DNA of 17,655 nt from Candidatus Hadarchaeales archaeon (GTDB lineage Archaea > Hadarchaeota > Hadarchaeia > Hadarchaeales > Hadarchaeaceae), in the NCBI GenBank assembly GCA_038851075.1, contig JAWCLG010000017.1:1-17655 (forward strand), given 5' to 3'. Below are positions 9,650 to 17,655 of the stretch, piece by piece (the stretch's first letter is position 1; every line of letters starts with the position of its first letter). The notes below the pieces were generated by a model. It searched no databases, was not told the origin of the DNA, and worked only from the letters and a program-made list of their open reading frames with translations. The position numbers and the translations under genes are program-made.

Positions 9650-12600
9650 ATGCGCGAGCTATTCGTCACCGAACTTGTAAAAGAGATCCTTGGTCCGCGC
9701 TGCGGTTTACGGGAGGAACTCCCTGAGAGCCCTCTCAGCGAATATATAACCGGGGTTCTAGCGCCCGTTTCTTCCCCGTCGGTTAGGGACATCGATGCGG
9801 AGTCGGGGATTGCGTTTAACGAGTCGCAGGAATATGAGGAGGAGACGGATGACGCCGACATTCATGCTCCGCCGCACCTTTCCCCGGTTCTCAATCCCAA
9901 GTGCAGACCTTCTTCGATCGGACTATCCTTTATGGTGGAATACCACGGTGGAACAACACCGGGCATTGACGTGTGTCTTACATGGTCAAGATATTTTTGG
10001 AATGCTGATAAAAAAGTATGGAAAAGGGAGCCACGATATGCAATAAGAACTATAGCATTGGACAGCGATATAAAATCTTTTCGGATAGGGCCGGATGGTG
10101 CAGAGACTACCCCCGACCGTGCTGAGATACACCTGCACGTTCTCGTTAGAAACCGGCAGGGAAATCGGGCATTCGTCACGCTCTACGCCGTCAACGGAAT
10201 CCGTTTCACTTCCACCTCCACCGGCGACAGGGTGGGGTCCGAGAATCACATTTTTCAGCCTCAGATAAGAGTTGTGTGCTGGTCCGGGACGAGAGTCATT
10301 CCCGTGATACAGAGGGAGCCGCTAAGGAAGGATGAAAAGGAGCTTTCGTTCCTCTATAGGCGACGGCCAATCCTTGCGCGTGGGCACCTGTGCTCCGCGG
10401 TGTGGAAGGATGTCGACCTAGAGAAGCCATATGAGGGGAGGCTCGATTTTCCGGATTGCGTTAATCAATCCCCATTCCGCTGGCCGGATGGCGATATTTT
10501 GCCAGAGCAGGAAAAAAGGAGGTTCGTGTGCCCGGATGTAAGAACGGACTTTGTTCCGGTTTACGCTATCCCCATGCCTGATATGGAGTGGAATGAAGAG
10601 AGTTACGGACCACCTCCCGAATTGAGCGCTGAAGTTCTCGCCGAAAGTTGGGACCTAGACGAGTTGCGTTCGAGGCTGGAACCGTTAGTCAGGGCATATC
10701 GAATATGGATTGGTGAGCTGCGTGGTTCGCTGGTGGAACTATCGGAAAGTGAACGGGAGATTGCGGAACAACTGATAGAACGCTGTGAAGATGCCCTTAA
10801 CCGCATAACGCGGGGTATTGATCTGCTGTGCATGGATGATGATGCGCGGCTCGCATTTTGCTTCGCCAATAAGGCACTCGACATTCAGCGGAGATGGGCT
10901 AGGGGGAGTGGACTGAGATGGAGGCCCTTTCAGCTAGCATACATCCTTTTCACGCTAGAGTCAGTTTTAAGGGAGGACTCCGCTGGGAGGGGCGTCTGCG
11001 ACCTTCTCTGGGTGCCCACCGGCGCTGGAAAGACTGAGGCCTATCTGGCGATAGCGGCACTTGCCATGGCTTACAGGAGGAGGAGAGCGCGGCGCAGAAA
11101 AAACGGCGACCGAACAGGAGGCGGGGTCTGCGTAATCACGCGATACACTCTGAGGCTGCTCACAATACAGCAGTTCAGGAGAGCTCTGGCGATGACCACC
11201 GCATGCGAATATCTTCGTGTCCATGGTCTGGGGCGGGGGGTGCCCGTTGGCTGGAGGCCCTCCAGATGCACCATCAATGACGATTATCTATGGGGATCCC
11301 TGCCATTCTCCATCGGCCTGTGGGTCGGGGGAGGCGTCACTCCTAATAGTCTACTAGACACTTGGGCCGGTAGGCCGGTTCCCGGAGCTCTCAAAATCCT
11401 GAAAAACTCGCACGATACAAGTGAGCCTGCCCAAGTCATGAATTGTCCGGCATGTGGGGCAATACTTTCGGTACCCAAAAACGGCTTAAGGCCGGGAATA
11501 TATAACCTGCATCTAGTGGTGCGTTCATCCGGTGCTCAGAGCCTTCGTAACGCCATCACCTACCTTGCGGGCTCCTACGAGAAGTTGAATGTTGTCTCAG
11601 CAGATCTATCGCCACATCATTCCGACGGATACTTTACTATCTCACTACTGATAGACGTCAAAGACCAGGCCAGCGGCCAAGACGGCCAAGATATTGACAG
11701 ATTATGGGAGGCGCTGAAGCATAAACTAGCTAGTGTTGAGCTCGTCGCGGCCCGCGCCTCTAGACCCGGCTATTTCATCCGCCGATACCGAGGACAGCGC
11801 GGCAATGAGGTTGAATACGATTTTGAGATATTCTGTCCGAACCCGAGCTGCGGGCTGCGCGTTCCGTGGTGTGGCGGAGCACCTGCGGGCTCGATTCATG
11901 GAAGGCCACCGCAGATACCTGCCCGCTCTAACTTTCCTGACGGGAACAATCCTATAGATGTTCAAGAGCCGTTCTGTCTTAACTCATTGAATGTCTCTGA
12001 CCGTATTCCAATCCCGGCTCTCACCGTCGATGATCAGATTTACCACCGGATACCATCCATGCTCGTCTCGACGGTAGATAAATTCGCGAGACCTCCATTC
12101 GAGCCCCGCGCCTCCACCATCTTCGGAAACGTCGAGTTCCATCACTGCATTGGAGGATATTATAGGCGCGGTCTACATTATCTGCAGGTCAAAAAAGGCC
12201 ATCCGTTACCCTCCGGGACCGGTAAGGGGGGGTTTTTCGTCAATATTCCCCCGCTGGACCCACCCGACCTTATACTGCAGGACGAAGTTCATCTCATAGA
12301 AGGGCCGCTGGGCAGCCTAGTGGGCTTCTACGAGACCGCCGTGGATTTCCTATGTAGCACACCGTCCGGGTGGCGAGTGAAGTACATAGCCTCAAGCGCA
12401 ACGGTTCGCGGGGCCGACAGGCAAGTTCGGTCCGTGTTCAACAGAAAGCTCCAAGTTTTTCCGCCCCCCGGTCTCTCAGCGGACGACAGATTCTTCATCA
12501 GAGAGAGGGAGGCCCATTCATTAGATGACAAAATGCCGGGTAGGCTGTATGTCGGAATATGTGCTCCGGGCAGAGGTTCCCACACGCCCTTGGTGAGGAT

Positions 12601-13546
12601 ATGGACGCGTCTTCTTCAAACCGCGTGGAACAGCAGGAACAGTCCCAGTATAGACGCCTTCTGGACGCTCACCGGATACTTTAACGCCATTCGGGAGCTC
12701 GCTGGAACTAGGGCACTGTACAGGGATGACATCAAGGACCGTATTAGCTTCATCGCGCGCGGAGATCCGCGTCCACTTCCGGAGGATAGATGTGTGGAAC
12801 TATCCGGCAGAACCCGGTCTGATGAGCTGCCGAGCATACTCAACCTGCTCAGTGAGCCCTATCCTAATGCTCAGGACGCGCTATTCACAACATCGATGTT
12901 TGGAACCGGTGTAGACATACCCCGTATAGGAATGATGGTGGTAAACGGCCAGCCCAAAACCACAGCGGCTTATATCCAGTCCACCGGACGGGTGGGAAGG
13001 GGCGTGGGTGGTCTGGTGGTAACTTTCCTGAGGGCTTCAAGGCCACGCGACCTAGTTCACTACGAATTCTTTATCGGATACCACCGCCAGCTTCACAGAT
13101 TCGTAGAATCCTTAACCGTGTTCCCCTTCTCGCCGGGAGTCATGGACAGTTTCTCCGGGCCTCTCCTCGTCTTCATGTTGAGAAATATGAGGGAGGCCCT
13201 GATCTCTTGGCATGAAGACGAGTCGGCTCCGAGAATGTCCACCACCAGATCCACTGCTCCTGAGGTGAGGACCGTCATAAATGCTGTAGAGAACCGATAC
13301 CGGAGCACAAATCTTCTGCCGGCTCAGGGAAGGGACATAAGGCAGGAATTGGAATCAAAGCTGGACCGCTGGCAAAATATAGCAAAAGCCCGCCCCGACC
13401 TGCGGTATGCGGAGTATATAGATGTGAGACACTCCGTCGTACTTGGCGACGCGCGGCATCAATACCGCAAGGACATCGATGTGGTCTACCCTGACTCCCC
13501 TCAATCTCTCAGAGAGGTTGAGGACACCGTAGGTTTTGAGGCATAG
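9650..13546 (+). CDS. drmA: DISARM SF2 helicase DrmA
   Basis: WRPFQL (Q motif), PTGAGKTEAY, YTLRLLTIQQF, IGLWVGGGVTPN, TVDKFA, QDEVHLIEGPLGS, SSAT, GYFNAIRELAG, TSMFGTGVD, YIQSTGRVGR, RPRDLVHYE. Lies directly upstream of the DUF1998 and PLD genes. Confidence 0.92.
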   Translation: MRELFVTELVKEILGPRCGLREELPESPLSEYITGVLAPVSSPSVRDIDAESGIAFNESQEYEEETDDADIHAPPHLSPVLNPKCRPSSIGLSFMVEYHGGTTPGIDVCLTWSRYFWNADKKVWKREPRYAIRTIALDSDIKSFRIGPDGAETTPDRAEIHLHVLVRNRQGNRAFVTLYAVNGIRFTSTSTGDRVGSENHIFQPQIRVVCWSGTRVIPVIQREPLRKDEKELSFLYRRRPILARGHLCSAVWKDVDLEKPYEGRLDFPDCVNQSPFRWPDGDILPEQEKRRFVCPDVRTDFVPVYAIPMPDMEWNEESYGPPPELSAEVLAESWDLDELRSRLEPLVRAYRIWIGELRGSLVELSESEREIAEQLIERCEDALNRITRGIDLLCMDDDARLAFCFANKALDIQRRWARGSGLRWRPFQLAYILFTLESVLREDSAGRGVCDLLWVPTGAGKTEAYLAIAALAMAYRRRRARRRKNGDRTGGGVCVITRYTLRLLTIQQFRRALAMTTACEYLRVHGLGRGVPVGWRPSRCTINDDYLWGSLPFSIGLWVGGGVTPNSLLDTWAGRPVPGALKILKNSHDTSEPAQVMNCPACGAILSVPKNGLRPGIYNLHLVVRSSGAQSLRNAITYLAGSYEKLNVVSADLSPHHSDGYFTISLLIDVKDQASGQDGQDIDRLWEALKHKLASVELVAARASRPGYFIRRYRGQRGNEVEYDFEIFCPNPSCGLRVPWCGGAPAGSIHGRPPQIPARSNFPDGNNPIDVQEPFCLNSLNVSDRIPIPALTVDDQIYHRIPSMLVSTVDKFARPPFEPRASTIFGNVEFHHCIGGYYRRGLHYLQVKKGHPLPSGTGKGGFFVNIPPLDPPDLILQDEVHLIEGPLGSLVGFYETAVDFLCSTPSGWRVKYIASSATVRGADRQVRSVFNRKLQVFPPPGLSADDRFFIREREAHSLDDKMPGRLYVGICAPGRGSHTPLVRIWTRLLQTAWNSRNSPSIDAFWTLTGYFNAIRELAGTRALYRDDIKDRISFIARGDPRPLPEDRCVELSGRTRSDELPSILNLLSEPYPNAQDALFTTSMFGTGVDIPRIGMMVVNGQPKTTAAYIQSTGRVGRGVGGLVVTFLRASRPRDLVHYEFFIGYHRQLHRFVESLTVFPFSPGVMDSFSGPLLVFMLRNMREALISWHEDESAPRMSTTRSTAPEVRTVINAVENRYRSTNLLPAQGRDIRQELESKLDRWQNIAKARPDLRYAEYIDVRHSVVLGDARHQYRKDIDVVYPDSPQSLREVEDTVGFEA

Positions 13547-13565
13547 GAGGGATGAGGTCTCCGTG

Positions 13566-15359
13566 GTGCAGCATGTCAGGCTTTCCCAGTTCGTCATCAC
13601 ATACGGTCCGGGCGCAATAATAGAGGGTCTCGGAGGCCCCCGGGTTATACCCCGCCCCGATATCGGGCTCTTCGAATCCGGACGCGGTATGAGGCCTTCT
13701 GATTACGATATAGCCGATCAAAGGATGTCGGAGGGGCTGTTGAACGGAGCGCGTATATTCAGGCTTCCAACCAATGCGGAGTTGGGAGTTCCAGCCGATC
13801 TGCCTCTGTACCGCACACGCAGCTTTCCTGAGTGGCGCCTATGCCATAACAGTCAAGCCCACGGTGCCGGTCGCTCGGTGCTTTTTCGTCTACGGCTATG
13901 CCCCCAGTGCAGAACTGTCGGTAAGCAAATTGAGCCCGTCAGATTCATCGTCGCATGCCCGAAGGGACACATGGATGACGCCGACTGGTATGCGATCATT
14001 CATGGTGACTCGACCACCTGCCCCCACAGAAACTGGTTCTGGTGGAGCGGCGGTGGGGGGGCCCTCAGCAGAATAGAACTAGAATGCCCTCAATGCCATG
14101 CTCCCGCAAATCTGGGACGGGCATATGGTCAGCGGTTCCGCTGCAGCGGCAGATTCCCCGAACGCGAGCCACTTGGCTCCGGGCCGCTCTATCAGGAATG
14201 CGATGGACATATGTTGATAATACAGCGACAGGCCTCCAATCTGCGCATCCCAGAAATAAGGACGCTGTTCACGATTCCGCCGCGTCATACTGAACTGCAT
14301 CTTATGCTTCAAGACACATCAATACGTACAACGTTGATCGCCTTGGAGCGGCGTATATCCTCCAAGCAGACGCTGGAATCCATACTAAATAATTTGGTGA
14401 GAGCGCATCTCATAAAGCAGGACACGGCACACAAGATCCTGAGTTACGAGTGGGGCGAGATTCAGCGGGCCATCAACGAGATACTTACGCCCGTGCCGCG
14501 AGATTATGAGACACTGATTCTGGAAGAATTCCACGCCCTAATACGCGGATCAGCGGAGGGGATACCGCCGTATCGCGGCCCCAAGCCACGATCACAGGTC
14601 TTTCTTGAAATAAATCACCATCTGGTCCAACGTTTCCCACGACCCGGCGGAAAGGTACTACGCGTCGCTCCGATCTCCCGTTTAAGAACGGTCATAGTTC
14701 AGATGGGATACCGCCGTGAGGTCGATACCCAAGTTCCCGCCGATCTGGTGGATATAGGTTTCCCCGACCCGCTTAACCCACACCAAAAATGGTATCCGGG
14801 AGTGGAATTTCTGGGAGAGGGTATCTTCATTATGCTGGATGCTGGGGACGGCTGGCACTTCGATCTGGAAGGTCGGTCGGCAGATGAGTGGCTCAGGGCA
14901 TACCGGAATTCCGGCCAATATCCTGATCATGTTTTCAGAGTAAAAATGAGACATGAGCTTCACCCGGTATTCGTATGGTGGCATACACTGGCGCACCTCC
15001 TCATCAGAAGCGCGTCGATATACTCTGGATATTCTTCCGCATCGATGCGCGAAAGGGTCTTCATCGAGCTTAACGGCTCTAAGGCAAGGGGCGGAATACT
15101 GCTACATGCGACACAGCCCGGAAGTGAGGGAACATTTGGCGGCCTTATCGCATTGTCTCCCCACTTTATGGATATCTTGGAGAACTCCTTGGACACCGTT
15201 CATTCATGTTCATGCGACCCTATCTGTGGCGGAAACCTATTTAGGATGGGTGGCTATATCGGGGCTGCATGCTACGGGTGCCTGTTGGTCTCAGAGACGT
15301 CCTGCGAACACAGAAATATGTGGCTTGACAGAAACCTTCTAAGGGATAACCCACCTTGA
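13566..15359 (+). CDS. drmB: DISARM DrmB, DUF1998 (MrfA-like Zn-binding) protein
   Basis: N-terminal VRLSQFVITYGPGA and RFIVACPKGHMDD. C-terminal HTLAHLLIR...GSEGTFGGL...CSCDPIC...AACYGCLLVSETSCE..N..LDR. GTG at 13566 (or 13563) follows GAGGT; the longest ORF starts at 13536. Confidence 0.92.
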   Translation: MQHVRLSQFVITYGPGAIIEGLGGPRVIPRPDIGLFESGRGMRPSDYDIADQRMSEGLLNGARIFRLPTNAELGVPADLPLYRTRSFPEWRLCHNSQAHGAGRSVLFRLRLCPQCRTVGKQIEPVRFIVACPKGHMDDADWYAIIHGDSTTCPHRNWFWWSGGGGALSRIELECPQCHAPANLGRAYGQRFRCSGRFPEREPLGSGPLYQECDGHMLIIQRQASNLRIPEIRTLFTIPPRHTELHLMLQDTSIRTTLIALERRISSKQTLESILNNLVRAHLIKQDTAHKILSYEWGEIQRAINEILTPVPRDYETLILEEFHALIRGSAEGIPPYRGPKPRSQVFLEINHHLVQRFPRPGGKVLRVAPISRLRTVIVQMGYRREVDTQVPADLVDIGFPDPLNPHQKWYPGVEFLGEGIFIMLDAGDGWHFDLEGRSADEWLRAYRNSGQYPDHVFRVKMRHELHPVFVWWHTLAHLLIRSASIYSGYSSASMRERVFIELNGSKARGGILLHATQPGSEGTFGGLIALSPHFMDILENSLDTVHSCSCDPICGGNLFRMGGYIGAACYGCLLVSETSCEHRNMWLDRNLLRDNPP

Positions 15360-15853
15360 ACAATATATGGATCCTCGCAACAGGTCCCGAGCTCTTGAGA
15401 GAAGGAGTACGGGGAATCGAGCCTGTTATTGAGGAGCTAATAACATCGGCGCGCAGCGAAATTCATATCGTGACCTACCTTCTTACCCGTCAGGCGGCGC
15501 GTGTTCTGGACCTCACGGAAAAGGCGGCAGAACGGGGAGTGAGGGTTACCATGGTTATCAACCGGCTGGAGACCCAAGACGAGTTCATCAGATCGAAACT
15601 AATTTTGTTGCGGAAATCGTCGTCCAACATAACCGTCTACAATTTTTCCGACCCCGCGGGACGGCAGCTCCACGCAAAAGTCATCATAGCCGATCGAATC
15701 AGGGCCGTTATAGGCTCCGCAAACCTATCTTGGGGAGGGATGGTCACCAATTACGAAGTCGGGGTCATGCTGGAGGGAGATGCGGTTTGGAAACTAGCGG
15801 CGCTGGTAGATTCGTTTGTTATCGAAATGCAGGGTAAAAGCCTGTTCCTTTAG
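15356..15853 (+). CDS. drmC: DISARM phospholipase D-family nuclease DrmC
   Basis: Single HKD motif LHAKVIIAD..IGSANLS...NYEVG. TTG start overlaps the drmB TGA stop (TTGA). Confidence 0.9.
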   Translation: MNNIWILATGPELLREGVRGIEPVIEELITSARSEIHIVTYLLTRQAARVLDLTEKAAERGVRVTMVINRLETQDEFIRSKLILLRKSSSNITVYNFSDPAGRQLHAKVIIADRIRAVIGSANLSWGGMVTNYEVGVMLEGDAVWKLAALVDSFVIEMQGKSLFL

Positions 15854-15871
15854 GAACGCGAATTACTGGAA

Positions 15872-15898
15872 GGGCCCGAGTAGAATCTACTCACGCCC
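15872..15898. repeat. Inverted repeat downstream of drmC (hairpin or operator)
   Basis: GGGC-cc-GAGTAGA-a-TCTACTC-ac-GCCC. Confidence 0.55.
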
Positions 15899-16154
15899 GC
15901 GCGTAGGACGATAGACGCCTGTATCCTCATATGGAAAACCCAGACCGCAATTCCCGTCCACATATAGCGACCGATGAACATCCGCTGCAGGCGTTAGACA
16001 AGCCCACATATCCGTCTAGAGTCTGACCGAGGCCATAGATTTAGGAAACGGAGGAGCCGGATAAGCGGTAGGCCTGTCCGCCAAGATTATCTAGCTGCTT
16101 TAAAGACCGGCTGGAACTTAATATCGGCAGTGCTGGAGAAATAACTGTAATGAA

Positions 16155-16808
16155 ATGAGAGTGGAGGCGGAAATAGTCAGGAGGCTTCTTGACTGGTTTG
16201 CGAAACATGGAAGAGATTATCCATGGAGACGGACAACAGAGCCTTACCGCATACTGATTGCTGAGATGATGCTCCAGAGGACAAAGTCCGACCAAGTTGC
16301 CGGTCTCTACCAGCAGTTCATTCAGAAATACCCCGAGCCGCAGGCTCTGGCGCACGCAAACGTGGAAGAAATCGAAAAATTCCTGCTACCCCTCGGACTG
16401 AGGTGGAGGGCTCGAAAGATAAGGGAAACAGGAAAAACGGTAATGGAGATGTTCAACGGACGGATTCCGGAACAGGAGGAAAAACTTCTCGCCCTTCCGG
16501 GTGTGGGTGAATACGCGGCCAGAGCGGTGCTCTGCTTCGCCTACGGGAAAGACGTGCCGCTGGTGGACGCCAATGTTTGCAGGGTTTTGGGAAGGCTCCT
16601 TAATATGCCTCCCAGAGGTGAGGCAAGAAGGGATAGAAAATTTATCGAAACGGCTCACCGGCTGCACAGATACGTACCTGCCGGCAGAAGCAGGGAGTAC
16701 AACTGGGCCATCTTAGACCTCGCAGCGACAGTATGCACGCCGAGAAGGCCTGTCTGTCCCGAATGCCCGCTGAAAGACCTATGCTCATATCCCAATAAAA
16801 CAATGTAG
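16155..16808 (+). CDS. HhH-GPD [4Fe-4S] DNA glycosylase, probable Mig-type T/U:G mismatch glycosylase
   Basis: RDYPWR, EMMLQRT, HhH LPGVGEY, VDANV, and C-X6-C-X2-C-X5-C. At 217 aa it has no MutT-like C-terminal domain, and it lacks the MutY LQQT and GLGYY motifs. Confidence 0.85.
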   Translation: MRVEAEIVRRLLDWFAKHGRDYPWRRTTEPYRILIAEMMLQRTKSDQVAGLYQQFIQKYPEPQALAHANVEEIEKFLLPLGLRWRARKIRETGKTVMEMFNGRIPEQEEKLLALPGVGEYAARAVLCFAYGKDVPLVDANVCRVLGRLLNMPPRGEARRDRKFIETAHRLHRYVPAGRSREYNWAILDLAATVCTPRRPVCPECPLKDLCSYPNKTM

Positions 16809-16995
16809 AACCAGAAACATGATTCATCTGATATTTTCATCAAAATGACGTATTTATCGACGATCCGCAGCACTATAGGGGAAGATATGAGGTTACTGCT
16901 GGATGGAGGCTTAGAATACCCAACATGTTTAAAAACCTGCATGATTATGAGGCGAACGACGGAAGAGAGGTTAGGATAGCCTTATGGGTTGAGGA

Positions 16996-17187
16996 TTGAA
17001 TACCACGACTCATAAAGAATATGAAGAATCTCCGTTTATTCCTTCAGGTATTCAGCCACGGTATGACAGGGGACAATCATTTTGTAGTGTATGTCATAAA
17101 ACATTCGAGAACAGGGATAGATGTCCCTACTGCAACAGAGTATTAAGGAAAAAACCAAGAAAAAAGAAACACAAACCAACCTTCTAA
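16996..17187 (+). CDS. Small Zn-finger protein with basic tail
   Basis: CSVC...CPYC followed by LRKKPRKKKHK. TTG start is preceded by GAGG. Confidence 0.65.
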   Translation: MNTTTHKEYEESPFIPSGIQPRYDRGQSFCSVCHKTFENRDRCPYCNRVLRKKPRKKKHKPTF

Positions 17188-17276
17188 GCTAAATAAGCCT
17201 TAGTCCGCAAGCATGACGACGCCGCCCCAGATACGACATGATTAAATTAGCCCCTGCGGATCTGTCTGTGCGGGGC

Positions 17277-17655
17277 ATGTCTGAAATTAATGTAGATGTT
17301 TTGGTTGTTGGAAGCGGGGCTGCCGGGCTTGTCGGCGCTCTCGCTGCAAGACATGCAGGCCTCCGGACTTTGGTTGTAGAGAAGACGGAGCTTGTTGGAG
17401 GTTCAAGCGCTATGTCGGGTGGAGGGCTGTGGATACCCGACAACCCTGTCTCGAAGAAGGCGGGTTTGAGCGACTCTTTCGAAGAAGCTTGGACCTACCT
17501 CAGCAACATAGTTCCCGAGGCGGGTGAGGCTACAGCGCCCGAAAGAATCCGGGCCTTTCTGAAGCATGGGCCGGAGATGGTTAAGTTCTTGCAAGACATG
17601 GGCTTCAAGTGGAGGGCTTCGGTCGGGTATCCAGACTACTATCCCGAGGTTCCCG
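17277..17655 (+). CDS. FAD-dependent oxidoreductase, 3-ketosteroid-delta1-dehydrogenase (KstD)-like / FAD_binding_2 family; runs off the window
   Basis: Manual translation (not in the ORF track): MSEINVDVLVVGSGAAGLVGALAA...VVEKTELVGGSSAMSGGGLWIPDN...RIRAFLKHGPEMVKFL...YPDYYPEVP. Confidence 0.85.
   Translation, partial: MSEINVDVLVVGSGAAGLVGALAARHAGLRTLVVEKTELVGGSSAMSGGGLWIPDNPVSKKAGLSDSFEEAWTYLSNIVPEAGEATAPERIRAFLKHGPEMVKFLQDMGFKWRASVGYPDYYPEVP

Noticed and set aside
9634-15342. Many short overlapping or antisense ORFs within drmA and drmB
   Set aside because: Expected shadow ORFs in GC-rich coding DNA, with no motifs.
17189-17594. Two minus-strand ORFs
   Set aside because: Antisense to the FAD oxidoreductase, which has clear motifs.
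1-17655. CRISPR array, tRNA/rRNA genes, integrase, intein
   Set aside because: None recognised by eye; dedicated scans were not run.

Overview
Probably archaeal (likely thermophilic) DNA with three zones. (1) 1-6130 is a decaying accessory region. It holds a HerA/VirB4-like ATPase 3' part, a broken MCM-like AAA+ gene, an internally deleted IS6-family remnant, a 5'-truncated and frameshifted modular surface protein, a frameshifted Thr-rich protein, and a degenerate HhH-GPD glycosylase relic. (2) 6351-16808 is an apparently intact DISARM class II-like defence operon. Its order is: uncharacterised ~750 aa multi-winged-helix protein (where DrmE would be expected), C5 cytosine methyltransferase, DrmA helicase, DrmB (DUF1998), DrmC (PLD nuclease), then a Mig-like G:T mismatch glycosylase. 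(3) 16996-end holds a small Zn-finger gene and the start of a KstD-like FAD oxidoreductase. All calls come from manual translation and motif recognition; no database searches were run.
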